From positions 3,906,001 to 3,970,000 of the forward strand of contig JBHGNT010000005.1 of NCBI GenBank assembly GCA_043228905.1: a stretch of 64,000 bases of DNA. Reading direction: 5' to 3'. The DNA is from Azolla caroliniana. Its lineage: Eukaryota > Plantae > Polypodiophyta. Below, one piece after another: positions 48,191 through 61,800 of the stretch; the stretch's first letter is position 1; the number at the start of each line of letters is the position of its first letter. The translations under genes were made by a program, and so were the position numbers. The notes under the pieces were generated by a model. That model searched no databases and had not been told where the DNA came from. It saw only the letters and a program-made list of their open reading frames with translations.

Positions 48191-49841
48191 CTTAAATGGT
48201 TACTTTTAATGGATGATATTAATATGCAGAATACTTGACTGTATTTTGTTTTTGACTTTAATTATATGTATTCACAAAACCATCAGCATCCATTCTAGAA
48301 CGTGTAATCTCTTGTAAAACAGAATCTTAATATTTGATTCAGCACTTTGAATGGAAGCCTGCATAACAAAGTTTGTACTTTCATATTGTGTTTATGATGA
48401 ACAATAGTACAAATTTGAGTTTGATGCTGTGAGCTTTACTTGCAAAACTGAGAAATAAGATTTAAATTTGAATTTGAAAACCAAAACAAAACCACTCAAC
48501 CTATCTGCAGGCATGCAAAGTGATTTCATATAAAAGAGATAGCAACAACGTAGCACTACAATCGTCTCACCGACATTTTCACAATACGTCAATAACATGG
48601 AGAATATATGACAAACATTTTGATTAGAAATGAGAACAATGTATTGGTATGCCAGAATACTGTGTCTAGGAATACAAATAATGATGAATATCCGATGCTC
48701 TAACATTGGTGGTTCAAAACAGCATACTGTCAATTGATAGTTTGGACTATCAGAGTATATTTTTAATATTTGTACATTTCAATTTACATACATACCTGTT
48801 GATTAGAAAGAGCCATCTTTACATACCTATAAACTACTGCTACCCATAATGTTAAAACTACTCCATAACACATTCACAGGTAATTTTTGAAATACAATGT
48901 TGTATCACACAAGTTTGTTCCAGCACTAGAGAAGTAGTGAGGCTTATGCCAAAAGCAAAGGTACGGTTTATTAATTCATGAGATCAAATATTAATTTATG
49001 CTCTAAGGTTTCCTGCACACATTGTGAGTCACTTATAGCAATAAAAGCATGAGGAAGATGCAGCATTTGGCCAATATCTGAATCTATTAACACCATACCC
49101 AGCTATATCATATTCAAACACTAGAAAATGATGCTGCATATATCCAAAGCAAAGACTTCGTACTTTATGCTCAATGGTTTGCTGTGCATATAATGTTAGG
49201 AAAGCATTAGCCAATAGCTGAACCTAATAATACAATATCTTGCCATATCATGTTCACAAAAGGGACATTTTCATACAATTTTATGGACAAAAGGAATGAC
49301 ATCAGCCTGATAAGAAATGTTCTCAATCTCACCATCCTACACTATCATGCCACTTACAAGGTTACCTTTCAAGTGCTTGGAAGTCTTTGCCAGTTACGCT
49401 TCTCTGGGTATTGAGTAAACATCTTGTTTGTTAATACCAAGCAATAACCATTAATAGCATGGTAGCCGAAACTTGAAATAGCACCACACAACCAAGAACA
49501 AGATATTCATCAAGCAAAGCCTCTGAATTCTGGAGTAAGCTGTCAAATTTATATGAATAAAAGATAGACAGAAGGTACTTAACTCAAACACCTTCGCATT
49601 CAAAAGGATTGAAAGTGAAAACTGAGTATAACAACTAATTGTTTAAAGAATAATAATAATAATATCAGTTATTCAATGACTATGATGATCATTGTAGGGA
49701 TCCCGAAATAACAAAATAATCATACACATTCTGTACAAAGAAAACTGTACATAAGTTGGTAAAACTACAGTACAGGCACATAGAAGAACCCTGTCCATTA
49801 TGTGCCAAAGACCACTGATGGAAAAATTAAACTTCACATCT

Positions 49842-52800
49842 TTACTTCCAGAAAACCTTTTTGGTTCTCTTTCGATCAATAGCCTGCATTATAATTCATG
49901 TAACCGTGTAAAACACATCAGATTCAGTTTATCTGCAGGAAAGATGTCAGAAATGCATTTACCATCTTACCGCTTTGACAAATGCCCGCATGGTCAAAAC
50001 CAGTAAATCTCGGGTTCTGTGTCATATAATCTCAATTAGCATTAACATCACCAGAAACTAATGAAACCTCACAGATATGAAGCTAAGACTGGCCTTCTAC
50101 ACAGACCAAAGAAAGTCATCATATGATGCGACTCATCAAACCAGAACAATGTGAAATTCAAAATACCAAGCTAAACTGCTCTATTTAATTATTGATTAAT
50201 GATGAAAGGTAAGAAAGCCCTATTGAACGCACCGATTTTCTTCACAATCTAGCAGTTGGATGATGCCACCACTATTTATGATCGCACATTGACAATCCTT
50301 TACAACTTTAATCTCAACCTGCAAGATATTGCAGAAAGGACAGTAATGAATGCACAATTTTACTGGGCATGATAAAACACTACACTTGACAATGTCACAG
50401 GAGTCTCCATGTATTAGCAGACATATATATTGCCCTTATGAATTGAGATCCAAAATAAGTGTATTACAGGTGATTCTGATGCATATCTTTCATTTGACAC
50501 AGCTTTCTTTCCATTTAACTTTTTCAGCTCATAACCAGATCGTCTCAATATCAAGGTAGCGGGCTCAAATGGACTGTCTTGAGAACTTTCAACCTACAGA
50601 TAATGAGATAAATTCTTTATAAACGAAAACATTATAAAAAAAAGGATGAATAGTAGTGTGTAGCAGACTGACCCCCAGTTTCACAGAGAAAATCGCTTGC
50701 CCAAAATCAAGATACTCAGATAACTGATCCTTAATGCCATCTTCTGAAATAAACATTGCAAATCCCAATATTATATTTCAAGAACATGGATAAAATGGTA
50801 TTCAGTTTTGTAAGTATTCAGTTAGCTGCAGAAAAATAAACTAAAAGATGCTGAAATGGCTAGGTACAAGCATAATCCTGTTTTAATGAAAACTTTATGA
50901 AAATGTACGGGCATGACGATACCTTTCCAATGACAAAGCAGCTTATTCTTCACACGTTATTCAGATGAGCAATAGAGCTAAGAATAACTAAGTATTCTTA
51001 CAAGTAATATTATTGTCTAAGGCACCTTATTGTCCATACCTTATACACATGCAGTTTTTAATGAGCCAACAAAGTTAATCATATCTCAGAAATAGGGATT
51101 TATTACATGAAAGTAAAGTGTGTATGAAATAAAACATATGCTTACGTAAAGTTATGAAATTTCCATTGTTGACAAAGACCGAAATCATATTTCCCTGCCA
51201 AGGAAGTTATGGAAAGTTATTTGTTGATTTGAAACAAATTGACCAAATACGATACATGCGATGAACTTTTATCGTTCTTGTACTGGTGTTGTAATCATTT
51301 ATAGTGCGGTTATCAATATAATCATTGAATGTACCAATTCTTATGCATTTCAATTTCATTTTGTTTATAGCAATGATAGTTTCCTTACTTTCCTGTTTCT
51401 ATCATCCATCGGAGTGCACTCCAAAGACAGACGTGTATCTATATCATCAGCAGTAATAGTATACTCCGGTTGTGCAGCACCTGTAAAAACAAAAAGTCTG
51501 TTTAAATATTAGATAGGAAAACCACCTTTAATTAAAGAGGTTAAATAACACCTGCAATATGGAGATAATTCCGATCTTTGTTGTGCCGCACCCACTGTTT
51601 AGAAAGACCAATGAAAAATAGCAATCAATGATTCAACATTCTACTTCGCTATCAAATTAAAATTAATCATACATTTTCTACCTGAAAGTGACACAACTTA
51701 GTACCATTGATAGAATTACCAACTGCCCTAATTTTGTTTCCAAGGACTGCTTCCTCAGTTATGTGCAAACCTTCAATACCTGGTAAAGGGTCTGATTCTG
51801 TAATAAAAAAATTACTCTTGTAACACAAGTGATGAATTCATCTTTCTGTCTCTGTCAACATTAAGAATACAGTTTCGCATGATCATCGACAAAACCTCAA
51901 AGCCAACGGAAAACATAGCAATGATCAGATTTTCAGTATTAAAAACCATTATTTCAAATAATCTATTTCAATACATCAAGACAGATAGGAACCCTATGTT
52001 TGATATGACTGTCTGAATCAGCAGCAGAACAAACATATTCTGGACCAACACTTGATAATAAAAAATTAGCAAAAGAACTAGGCAAGCCATTACCTAAACA
52101 GAAAAGGATAGCTCAGAGTAATCTCCATGTTCATTCTGACCTTTCAAAGGATTTTTTATTTTTTTTTGACGATAATTAAACCCCTGTTCTAGAATTTAAA
52201 GCATGGGAGAGATCAATTTTCTAAAGTATACCATCAGAAGAACTCTCTTCATGAAGAGTAGGTAAATGTGGCTCTGTGTCATGAACTTGTCCTCCACGAA
52301 TTGGATTTGAATCCTCATATGAATTGATTTGAGGATCATTTCTGGTGTGAAAAACATGAAAGTTATGAGATTCGTCTGGCCTGCATAGAATTTCAAATGG
52401 AATAATATCAGTTGATTATCATCAGCGACAGAAACAGTGCGAAATGAAGCTTACAATAAGGTGTATACCTCCTAACATTTTCGGTGAAGTAATTAGGAGA
52501 CTGAATGAGGGGGGAACTGGGTGAATATGGTCTCTCAGTTTGCCTATACATTGGCACCATATCCAGCCCATGAGGTCCCTGTTATGATTCAAGATTTCTT
52601 ATTAGTTAAGGTGACATATATGGCGACTTGAACCCTCGTTTCTAACAGGAAATTGCACTGTTCTTACTGGAGATCGAGGTGTTTGTAACCGTGGATGGAT
52701 TCGTGAAGGTGAAGGAGCTTGCTGGGCTGATTTATATGCATGGGAATTGTCCCATAGTTGGCTGGGAGGTATAGAATCCCGCCTTCCCTACATGACCAAT

Positions 52801-55800
52801 TAGCAACATTACATTAGCAACATTACAGGCAGCTGCATTTTAAACTTCGGTCACAGATTTCTAAAAGCAAAAATTGCCTCTCAGCAGATGTAGTCAGTCA
52901 GTTAATTTTCAAGTGTTACAGACTAGGTCACTAAAACTTAAAAAAATATGTGGTGAGGTAGAATAAGATAGCTAATTTATTAATAAATAGGAAAAGTGTT
53001 TAATGTGAACTCATAGTTAAGGAAATAAAAAATAAGCCTTGTAAATTGAAGTACCTCTTCACGAAGATGCTGCACTAGCATCTGCATGCAAAAAGTAACA
53101 TGTAGTTATCACATCACTATATAGAACCTCAATAGTTAAAGATAAGATTACTTCAAATTACAACAGCACTTATATTAAAGGAATAAAACATATCAATGCC
53201 ATCCATGTGAGTAATAAAATATGTCTCACGACCACCTATGTACAATCTCAAATGTAATGTCCAAGTCAGTGACACAGGTAAACCCCTCCCAAAAGATAGC
53301 AGGAACAGACTGCAGTCGTAGGGGAAACATTGTTGGAGTAGGTGTACAAAAGTTACAATGTGTTACTAAAGAAAGTAAAGCCAAATGATGATCGGGGAAT
53401 TGTTTACCTCTGTGCCACAGTCAGCAGAATAATTGCATGATGCACATCATAATAGTAGAGACTACAGTAAAAACGAAATTATCACCAACGAAGACAAATT
53501 AATAGAGAAGAGTAACTTGAGAAAGATGATGATATGTTAATGTCCGCGATGGTCAACATGACCCATGGGACTAATAATGCTGACATGAAAAACTAAAGTT
53601 GTTTCCTACTTTCACTCTTTGGATTTTCCATGACTTTGGTTATGTGGTCAGGTAGAGGAGCAAAGACACTCCTAGAGTCATTGGCAATGGTTACATCCTT
53701 GTAGGCTTTCTTGAAAATCATGACCAATGTCCTCATTCGCAAGGCATTCTAAAATGATATGTTCTTCTATGTTTGGTACGTTGAAGCAACATAGATCACA
53801 TATTTTCTATCTCTTCTATATATTCAGCTAACCCCCAATTTCTATTTTCATGTCTTATCGTGTGTATCAGTGTGGAGGTACGTCTCGATCACTTCAGCAG
53901 GAGTGTCCAGATGTGAACTAGGGCATTACAGCCTCACTGGGTAAAGTTCCCAAATATCAAGTATAATTGTAGCTGCAATTGTACTTGAAGTTAGATCTAT
54001 GTTGGGTTGTTCTGCATTTAAAGTGGAGATCTCTCATTTTGCATTCAGTGTTGGGATTAAAGGCTCTTTAGGTTTCTCTAACTAAACTAGAAAACGAGTT
54101 TAAATTATTTACTACATTCTAATTCTTGTTAAAGTTATACAGTCTCGTTTTTAGAGCTGTACTACAACTTCTAAAAGAATATTTTTTGTAGTTTGAATGG
54201 GATCCTTGTACAAGATTCCACTCAGCATTAAATAAGTATTTATGAGACCATAACTTAGCTGTCACATCAATATTTAAAGCTCTTCTTCTAAAAGCATATT
54301 CTAGGTATCTTGGATAGCATACATATATGTGTGTGTGTGCACACTCCTACCTTGTATATTCTTTCTTAAGTAGTAGGCTCTTGTTTTGCAGAACTGCTTC
54401 TATTTCTTTAATCCCTCCTATGTGTTAGACCCCATAATCATTTTTAGTTTTTATATCTCTGCCTTCATAAAAATCGAATGGTTTAAACACTTCGGTTCGG
54501 GTTTTTTTAACGGTTCGGTTCGGTCTCAACATTTAGAAATCGCGGTTTAAATGGTTTTTTATTTTTTGTATTTTTTTTTAATTTTAAAAAAATAAAAAAT
54601 TTGTTTTTAAACCATCTTTTCATTTTCATGCCTTATTCTCACATTTTAGGAAAATCTTTAAAATTTTGAAAATTTAAATAATGAAATTTCTAAGTTTTTA
54701 AATTTAAATTTTGACCTAAGCTGAAAACCGAAACCGAACCACAAAACCGTGGTTTTACTGGTTTAATGGCTTAACGGTTTGAAAAAAAAATTAATGGTTC
54801 GGTTCAATGGTTTCACCCGGTTCAGTTCAGGTTTCTAAAATTTTAAACGGTTCGGTTTAAAACCAGTTCGGTTTTGACCATCTCGAACCAAACCGTTGCC
54901 GATTGTTACTTCAGATATTTCAGAAAGCTGTCATTCTATTTTCTACTTCCTTAGAACTGGTATCAGAGCGAGGTTGAATCCTCTCAAGATCTCCATTGTT
55001 TAGTCTCCACATTGCATAAGTGGGAGTTTTGTTTTTCATGTTCGTTCTGTAATCCTTCTTTCACCACAGAAAATACATCAGCCAATGTTGGTGTAGAATT
55101 CAGGAAATTTGATGGCACTGGATTCGACTTATGGAAGGTTAGAATGGAAAGCACACTTTTCTTACAAAGGATGTGCAAAAGCATTGGAGGAAAACAAATC
55201 AGCTGGCATGGATGATGCGACTTGGAAACTGCTCAATCGTAAGGGCTGACTAGTGGTCATGAGTTATGGGGCAAACTGAAGACTATGTACGAGTCAACCA
55301 CTGCAGTGAATCAAGTTCACCTAATGAGAAGGCTCATTACTGCACAACTTGAAGATGCAAAGTCTGCAGCTGAACACATTTCCACATTTAATGGTCTACT
55401 CAATCAACTTCAAGATGTAGGTTTACAGATCTTTGATAACAAACTGAAGGCTATCTTTTTACTCATGATGTTGCCTGAAACGAGGCGCTTGTTGTCTCAC
55501 TCTCAAGTAGTGCAAGCCTTACATTTGATGGCGTTATCGGAGCAATCCTCAAAGAAGAAATTCATCGAAAAGCAAGTGGGGAGTCTTCTAGTTCTGCCAA
55601 CATAACAAGAGGGAGAGCTGTAACAAAGAATGTGTCAATGCAAAGGTCCAGAAGCAAAAGCAACGGGAAAGAAATCACTTGCTTTCAGTGTGATCGTAAA
55701 GGGCAAAAAGCCTGATTGTAGATTTTATAAACAAGAGCTTGAAAGAACGAAGAAGAATAAAAAAGATACATCAGAAAAGACACATGATTTGGACAATAAA

Positions 55801-58800
55801 AAAGGAAAAGAGAGGGAGAAGGTGAATATAGCCCCTAGAATCATCATTAAAGAGATTCTTGACACAGAGGACATATTGTGTGCTGCAGACATCAAAATTA
55901 CTGATACAGCTATAGTAAATGCATTATTAGCCGTACAAGATTCTGTCATGCAGACTTGGATAATTGACTCTGGTGCCTCTTTTCATTGCACAAGGAGTGC
56001 TTTCTCTCATTTTCTGCAGGCAACTTTGGAAGGTTCACCTTGGAAATAACCATACCTGCAACATTGAAGGAATGGTCAACAACTAACACTAGACCAAGTT
56101 TGGTATGTTCCCAGGATTAAGAAGAGCTTGTTGTCTGTGGAACAGCTTAACTTACAAGGCTATTCTACAATCTTCACAGGTGGAACCTGGAAGATTGTAC
56201 GTGGAACAAGACTAATTGCCCAAGGAAGCAAGAGGGGTATATTGTATTGCCTCTTACTGTTCAATTTATTGCAATTACAGATGCAGAAAATGGAGTCGAA
56301 TTGTGGCACAAAACATTAGGTCAAATGAGCCAAACGGGCTTGGACATTCTACTCCCTTCTCAAAAGCTAGTGACCAAAGGTAATAAGCTTGATTTTTGCA
56401 ATGATTGCCTTCATGGAAAACAAGTAAAATGTTCTTATAACATTGGTTCTTCAAGGAAAACAACACCACTTGAGCTCATACACTCTGATTTATGTACTAT
56501 GCCTACTAAATCCTTAGGAGGCTCCTTACATTTTGTACTTTCATTGATGATTACTCTAGAAAGTGTTGGGCATATTTGTGTTACACCGTCGATTACTCCT
56601 CTATCGGTTACTATCGGCTGAGCACACACTCTCTATCTCTCTATTCCTAACCTTCGTCTCTCCCTTTCCGTTCTCAAATACTCGATATATATACAGTCCT
56701 CTATGCTCGGTGCCTTCCCACCATTCTTCCTTAATATTCGGCTTCCTTTGTTCGGGTGCTAATGCCTGGTTCCCTTTGATTCGTTTCACACCTTGTCACA
56801 ATTGTCCCACCGGGTAACAATTTGCTAAAGGATAAGATTGAAGTGTTCGCTGTTTTCAGAAACTTTCATGCCTTTATCACTACTCAAACAAGCTTTAAAC
56901 TAAACTGTCTTGAGGATAGACAATGCAGCTGATTTACAAATTTTTGTGCAAAAAAAGGAATCAAGAAAGAGCTTACAGCTTCATACTCTATGTGAAAGGG
57001 TTTGATGTATGCTGTCCACAGTCAATCTCCCTAATGCATTTTGGTGAGAGGCTTTACAAATTGCAGTGCACAGTATTAATCTATCCCCACACAATTCATT
57101 CAAAGGTGGCATACCGGAGGAGATTTGGTCTGGCAAATCAGCCTCATATGATCATATGCATTTTCGATTGTGAAGCTTTCGTGCACGTTAGACAATAGCT
57201 ATGAAACAAGCTGGATGCAAAATCCATCAAAGGCGTCTTTCTAGGATATGGCGCGGAAGGTGAGATGGGTTATTGAATTTGGTTACTTCATCTCCGAAAG
57301 GTAATCAGAAATCATGATGTTGTATTCAATGAAGCAAAGTTGCTCAAAAGAAATTGTACTTCATTAGAATAAAAACAAAAGAGTGAAATTTCAGCAACAG
57401 CCAACCACTGGCTCAAGAATAACATCTCCGGGTGAAGATGAACAAGTAGAGATCTACAAACCAGTTCTATTTCCAGAAGAAGATGGACAACAACAAAGAA
57501 ATTTTAAACCCTGAAGATGAAGATAAAATACAGCCACCTACAAATAAAGAAATAACTGCAGAACTACAGCAAGAAGATATTCCATTAGATCTAGAACCAA
57601 TTCCAGATAATGTAGATCACTGGGTTAGGAGATCAACACAGCTGAGACATCCAACCCAAAGGGATGACCCATCTCTTCATCAAATTCTCATAACAAATGA
57701 AGGGGAGCCTCTCACTCTTAAAGAGGCTAGGAAATGTGAGCATTTTAACAAGTGGGAGTGTGAGAAAAGCTGTTAATAGCAGCAGAGGAACAGTTGTTAG
57801 AACAAAAAATAGACACAGTAAAGCTGTGAGAAGGCTGTTAGACAGCAGTAGCAAAAATGGTTGCAAAGAGTAGAGGCACGGCCAAAGAGTAGAGCTTCTT
57901 TGCAAGGAGTAGCAAAAATAATCTCTTTACAAAAGAGGTTGGTATAGCCTATTTATACAAAATTGGGGAACATGGGTGAAATGGTTGTTTGGTAGTTAAG
58001 TGACTCTTGTACTACCAAAACAGTACAATAAACTAGGAATAAGAGAGAATATCTTGGAAAAGGTGGAAGAGAGAGAAGGCATTTAAAGCGTTGCAGATTC
58101 TAGAGAGAGAAGAATCTAGGAAGAGAGAATGTAGAAGATAAATAATAAAGATGAAAGAGAGCGCAAGTCTAGAGCTATCACCCTCCAACACCTCCTCTCA
58201 GCTCTCTCAACTCCAGAACGGCTTAGTAAATAAATCAGCCACATTTTCTTGAGTAGGACAATATGTCAAGTTGATGACTTGTGATTTCACTAATTCACGA
58301 ACAAAATGGTAGTGCACTTCAATATGTTTTGTTCTACCATGAAATGTTGAGCTATGTGCCACGGCATGGGCACTTTGGTTAGTGAAAAGTGCAATAGGAG
58401 AGTCTTGCAAAACACCAATGTCACAAAACAATTGCATTAACCATAGCATCTCATAGAAAGTATCCAAGTAGGCTCGATATTCGGTTTCCGTCGATGAAGT
58501 AGAAACTGAGTTTTGCTTCTTTGATTTCCAAGAAATCAAGCTTGAACCTAACATAAAACAATAGCCAAATGTGGACCTTCTAGAATCCATATCACTTGCC
58601 CAATCAATGTCCGAGTAGCCAACAAGCTCAATGCCGCCTCTAAAAGAGAGACCATAATCAAGTGTATTGGCCAAATACCTAAGAACTCGAATAGTTGCTT
58701 GCCAATGACTTTGTCTTAGAGGACTTGAGAATTGGCTAAGAATACTCACACTAGTACAAATCAGGCTTGGTGTAAGTTAAGTGAAGAAGAGACCCAATTA

Positions 58801-61800
58801 ACCCTCTATATTTTATGATATCTTCAAATATGGGAGAATTGTCTTCACGAGATAGCTTTGAGTTTGGATTCATTGGACAAGAGAGTGGTCTGCAATTTGA
58901 CATGTTATAGGTCTTAAGGAGCTGCCTGAGATACCTATGTTGGCTAAGGAAGATACCACCATGTGATTGATAGACCTCCATACCTATGAAATAATGGAGA
59001 AGTCCTATAAATCAGTCATTTCGAATGTTGTTTTGAGGTCAGCGCGGAGCTCCTCGATTTTAGAAGGGACCCTGTAATTAAAAGGTCATCAACATATAAT
59101 ATGATCAAGCATAGCAAATTATCTTCGAAACAAACGTAGAGATTGTTGTCAGCATAACAGTGCTGAAACCCAAGATAGAGAGAGAGAGAGAAGGTATCAA
59201 TTTTGTCATGCCAAGCTTTGGGAGCTTGCTTTAAGCCATACAAGGCTTTGTGTAACCTGTAGACCATGTTTTCCTACTCTGAAATCTCGAAACTTGGAGG
59301 TTGTTCAACATAAACCTCCTCTATCAAGTCATCATTAAGGAAGGTTGACTTGACATCCATTTGAAAGATGGGCCATTTGTTGTGAGCAGCAAGTGCAAGC
59401 GCACATCGAATAGAGGTGTACCTTGTTGTTGGAGCAAAAGTTTCCTCGTAATCTACTCCTTCAACTTGTGAGTAGCGTTTTGCAACTAGACATGCCTTAT
59501 GCTTTTCCAAAGTACCATCAACATGGTACTTGGTCATGAAAATCCATTTCAATCCAACAACTTGCCAATGTTGAGGCCGAGGGACCAGCTCCCATGTATG
59601 ATTCCGCTCAATGGAATTAAGTTCAACTTCCATTGCTGCTTTCCACTTCGGAAGAACAATGGCCTCTTTTGTTGTTGTGGGTTCTTGTGATTGCACAACA
59701 GTGCACAGTAAGGCAAAGTTGCATGAGTGACGAGGCCGTTGTGACCTTCGTGTTCTTTTCTTTCTTATAGGCCGTTTTGGACTCTTAAAAGACGTTAAAA
59801 TTTCTTTCTTTCTTTTCATGTTGGTCGGAGAACCAGATGTACACTCATGAAGTTCAAAATCGGAGAGATGGGAATCACAAATGGTGGCTTGAAGCCACTT
59901 GGGAAGTGGTGGAAGTGGGTGTGTAGAGGGAGGGGAAACGATTGGAGTTGAGGAAGGAGTTTGAATTGTTGGCGAAGTTAGAGGTTGAGTAGGAGGAGAT
60001 GGGGGGATTGAAGGTGAGACATCTTCGTCTAAAATAGGAGATTTCGGAGCAGCTGGGATTCAACCCTGAACTCAGGTGAAAGCCTAGAGTCATCCAGCTC
60101 TCCACAACACTATTTTGTTGAGGAATGTTGGTTGTAGAAAATTGGCAAGCAATGCCTCATTGAGAGCAAAAACGATGGAAAGCGTGCAAGATAAACTCTC
60201 CACCATTGTTGGACCTAAACTTTCGAACTTTCTTTGATGTTTCGCGACAAGAGCTACCCATTCTTGAAATTTCGTGAAGGCTTGAGATTTCTCTACAAGA
60301 AAATAAACCCAAACCTTACAAGAGAAATCATCAATGATAAGCATGAAGTGGTGTGCACCACCATGAGTAGTGGTTTTAATGGGACCACAAAGATCCATGT
60401 GCACCAACTCCAAGATAGATATTACACGGTGAGTGGCTTCATGAGGGAAAGGCTCTCAATGTTTCTTGCCATGAAGACAAGCAACACATGGGTATTGGGA
60501 GTTTTGAAAATAGGAAGACCCTCAACTAGTTGTGAAGAGGAAAGGCTCTCGATGTTGCTTGCCATGAAGACAAGCAACACATGGGTATTGGGAGTTTTGA
60601 AAATAGGAAGACCCTCAACTAGCTGTGAAGAGGAGAGCTTTTTAAGAGAATCATAATTGAGATGATTGAACCTAGCATGAGACAACATGGGATCTTCTTG
60701 TAGACCGAAAGTAAGTTGGCAAATATGCAAGGCCCATGTAGCACACCTTGAAGAACGGCAGGTTCGTCATTTGACGAAGTGTTAAGAAACACATTACCCA
60801 CACACGAAGCCTCCATACTTGAGGCATCTCATATGGAGATTTGGGAGGAGCTAGGCTTCACATCATGCAAAATGGATTTGTCATAAGGCATGTGTGCAGT
60901 GGCACCACTGTCTACTAACCACTCATCAATGGTTTAGGTAGGTGGTCCATCCAAATGTGAAGAATGCTCCTCAATGACAAGGAAAATAGTTTCTTTGGCT
61001 GAGTGGGCCGCGTTTGATTTTGGTATAGGTTGACTCTTTGGGGAGTTGGGGAATGGTTGATAAAACCATAGTATGAACCATACGTACCATACGTGCATTC
61101 GCATTTGCGAATAGTTCAATCATTCGAGTATGGTAAACACCCTCGAAGAATGGTAAATACCATACTTTTGGATTAACTATTTATTATGAGGTAAAAAAAC
61201 CTAATAAACAAAATAAACAAAAAAAATCTTTAAAAAAGGGGAGAAAAAACAAATAAAAAAACACAAGAATGTTTGAATAACATTCACATTCGTTTTCCAA
61301 CGTAAGAAAACGAATGTTATGCTAGACGAACATGAATTTTACGTACTGTGGATGAAACAATGGTGGCATGTGAGGCCATGGATAACCTCCTCTTGAGCTA
61401 CAACTAGACAATTTGCAGCAGCTGTAAGTAGATGCTCAAGGTCTTTCTACACCTCCCTAGATGCTAGGTGAGGCTTAGATGAGGGGGAAGAAAAAAAAAC
61501 CTTCTCTGTAGGTTGGGAGAGTGGCTGCTAAGAGAACCTCCTCTATAGGTTTGGGAGGGAGGCTGCAAAGAAAAGAAAAAACTCCTCTTAAGGATGGGAG
61601 GTTGGATAAAAAGAAGATAGGTTTGTGTGCTCTTTGGCAAAAAAATCAGGCTGAGGCTATGGAGACCTCACTGCTCTAATACCATGTGAGAAAAGCTGTT
61701 AATAGAAGCAGAGGAACAGTTGTTAGAACAAAAAATAGACACAGCCAAAGAGTAGAGCTTCTTTGCAAGGAGCAGCAAAAATAATCTCTTTACAAAAGAG

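Noticed and set aside
48500-49620. Exon-like segments with splice-like signals on the minus strand downstream of the stop at 49842 (also 30660-31340 and 38470-39300)
   Set aside because: I could not assemble a consistent reading frame or recognise a protein. They may be 3'UTR exons or a gene relic, so they are left uncalled.
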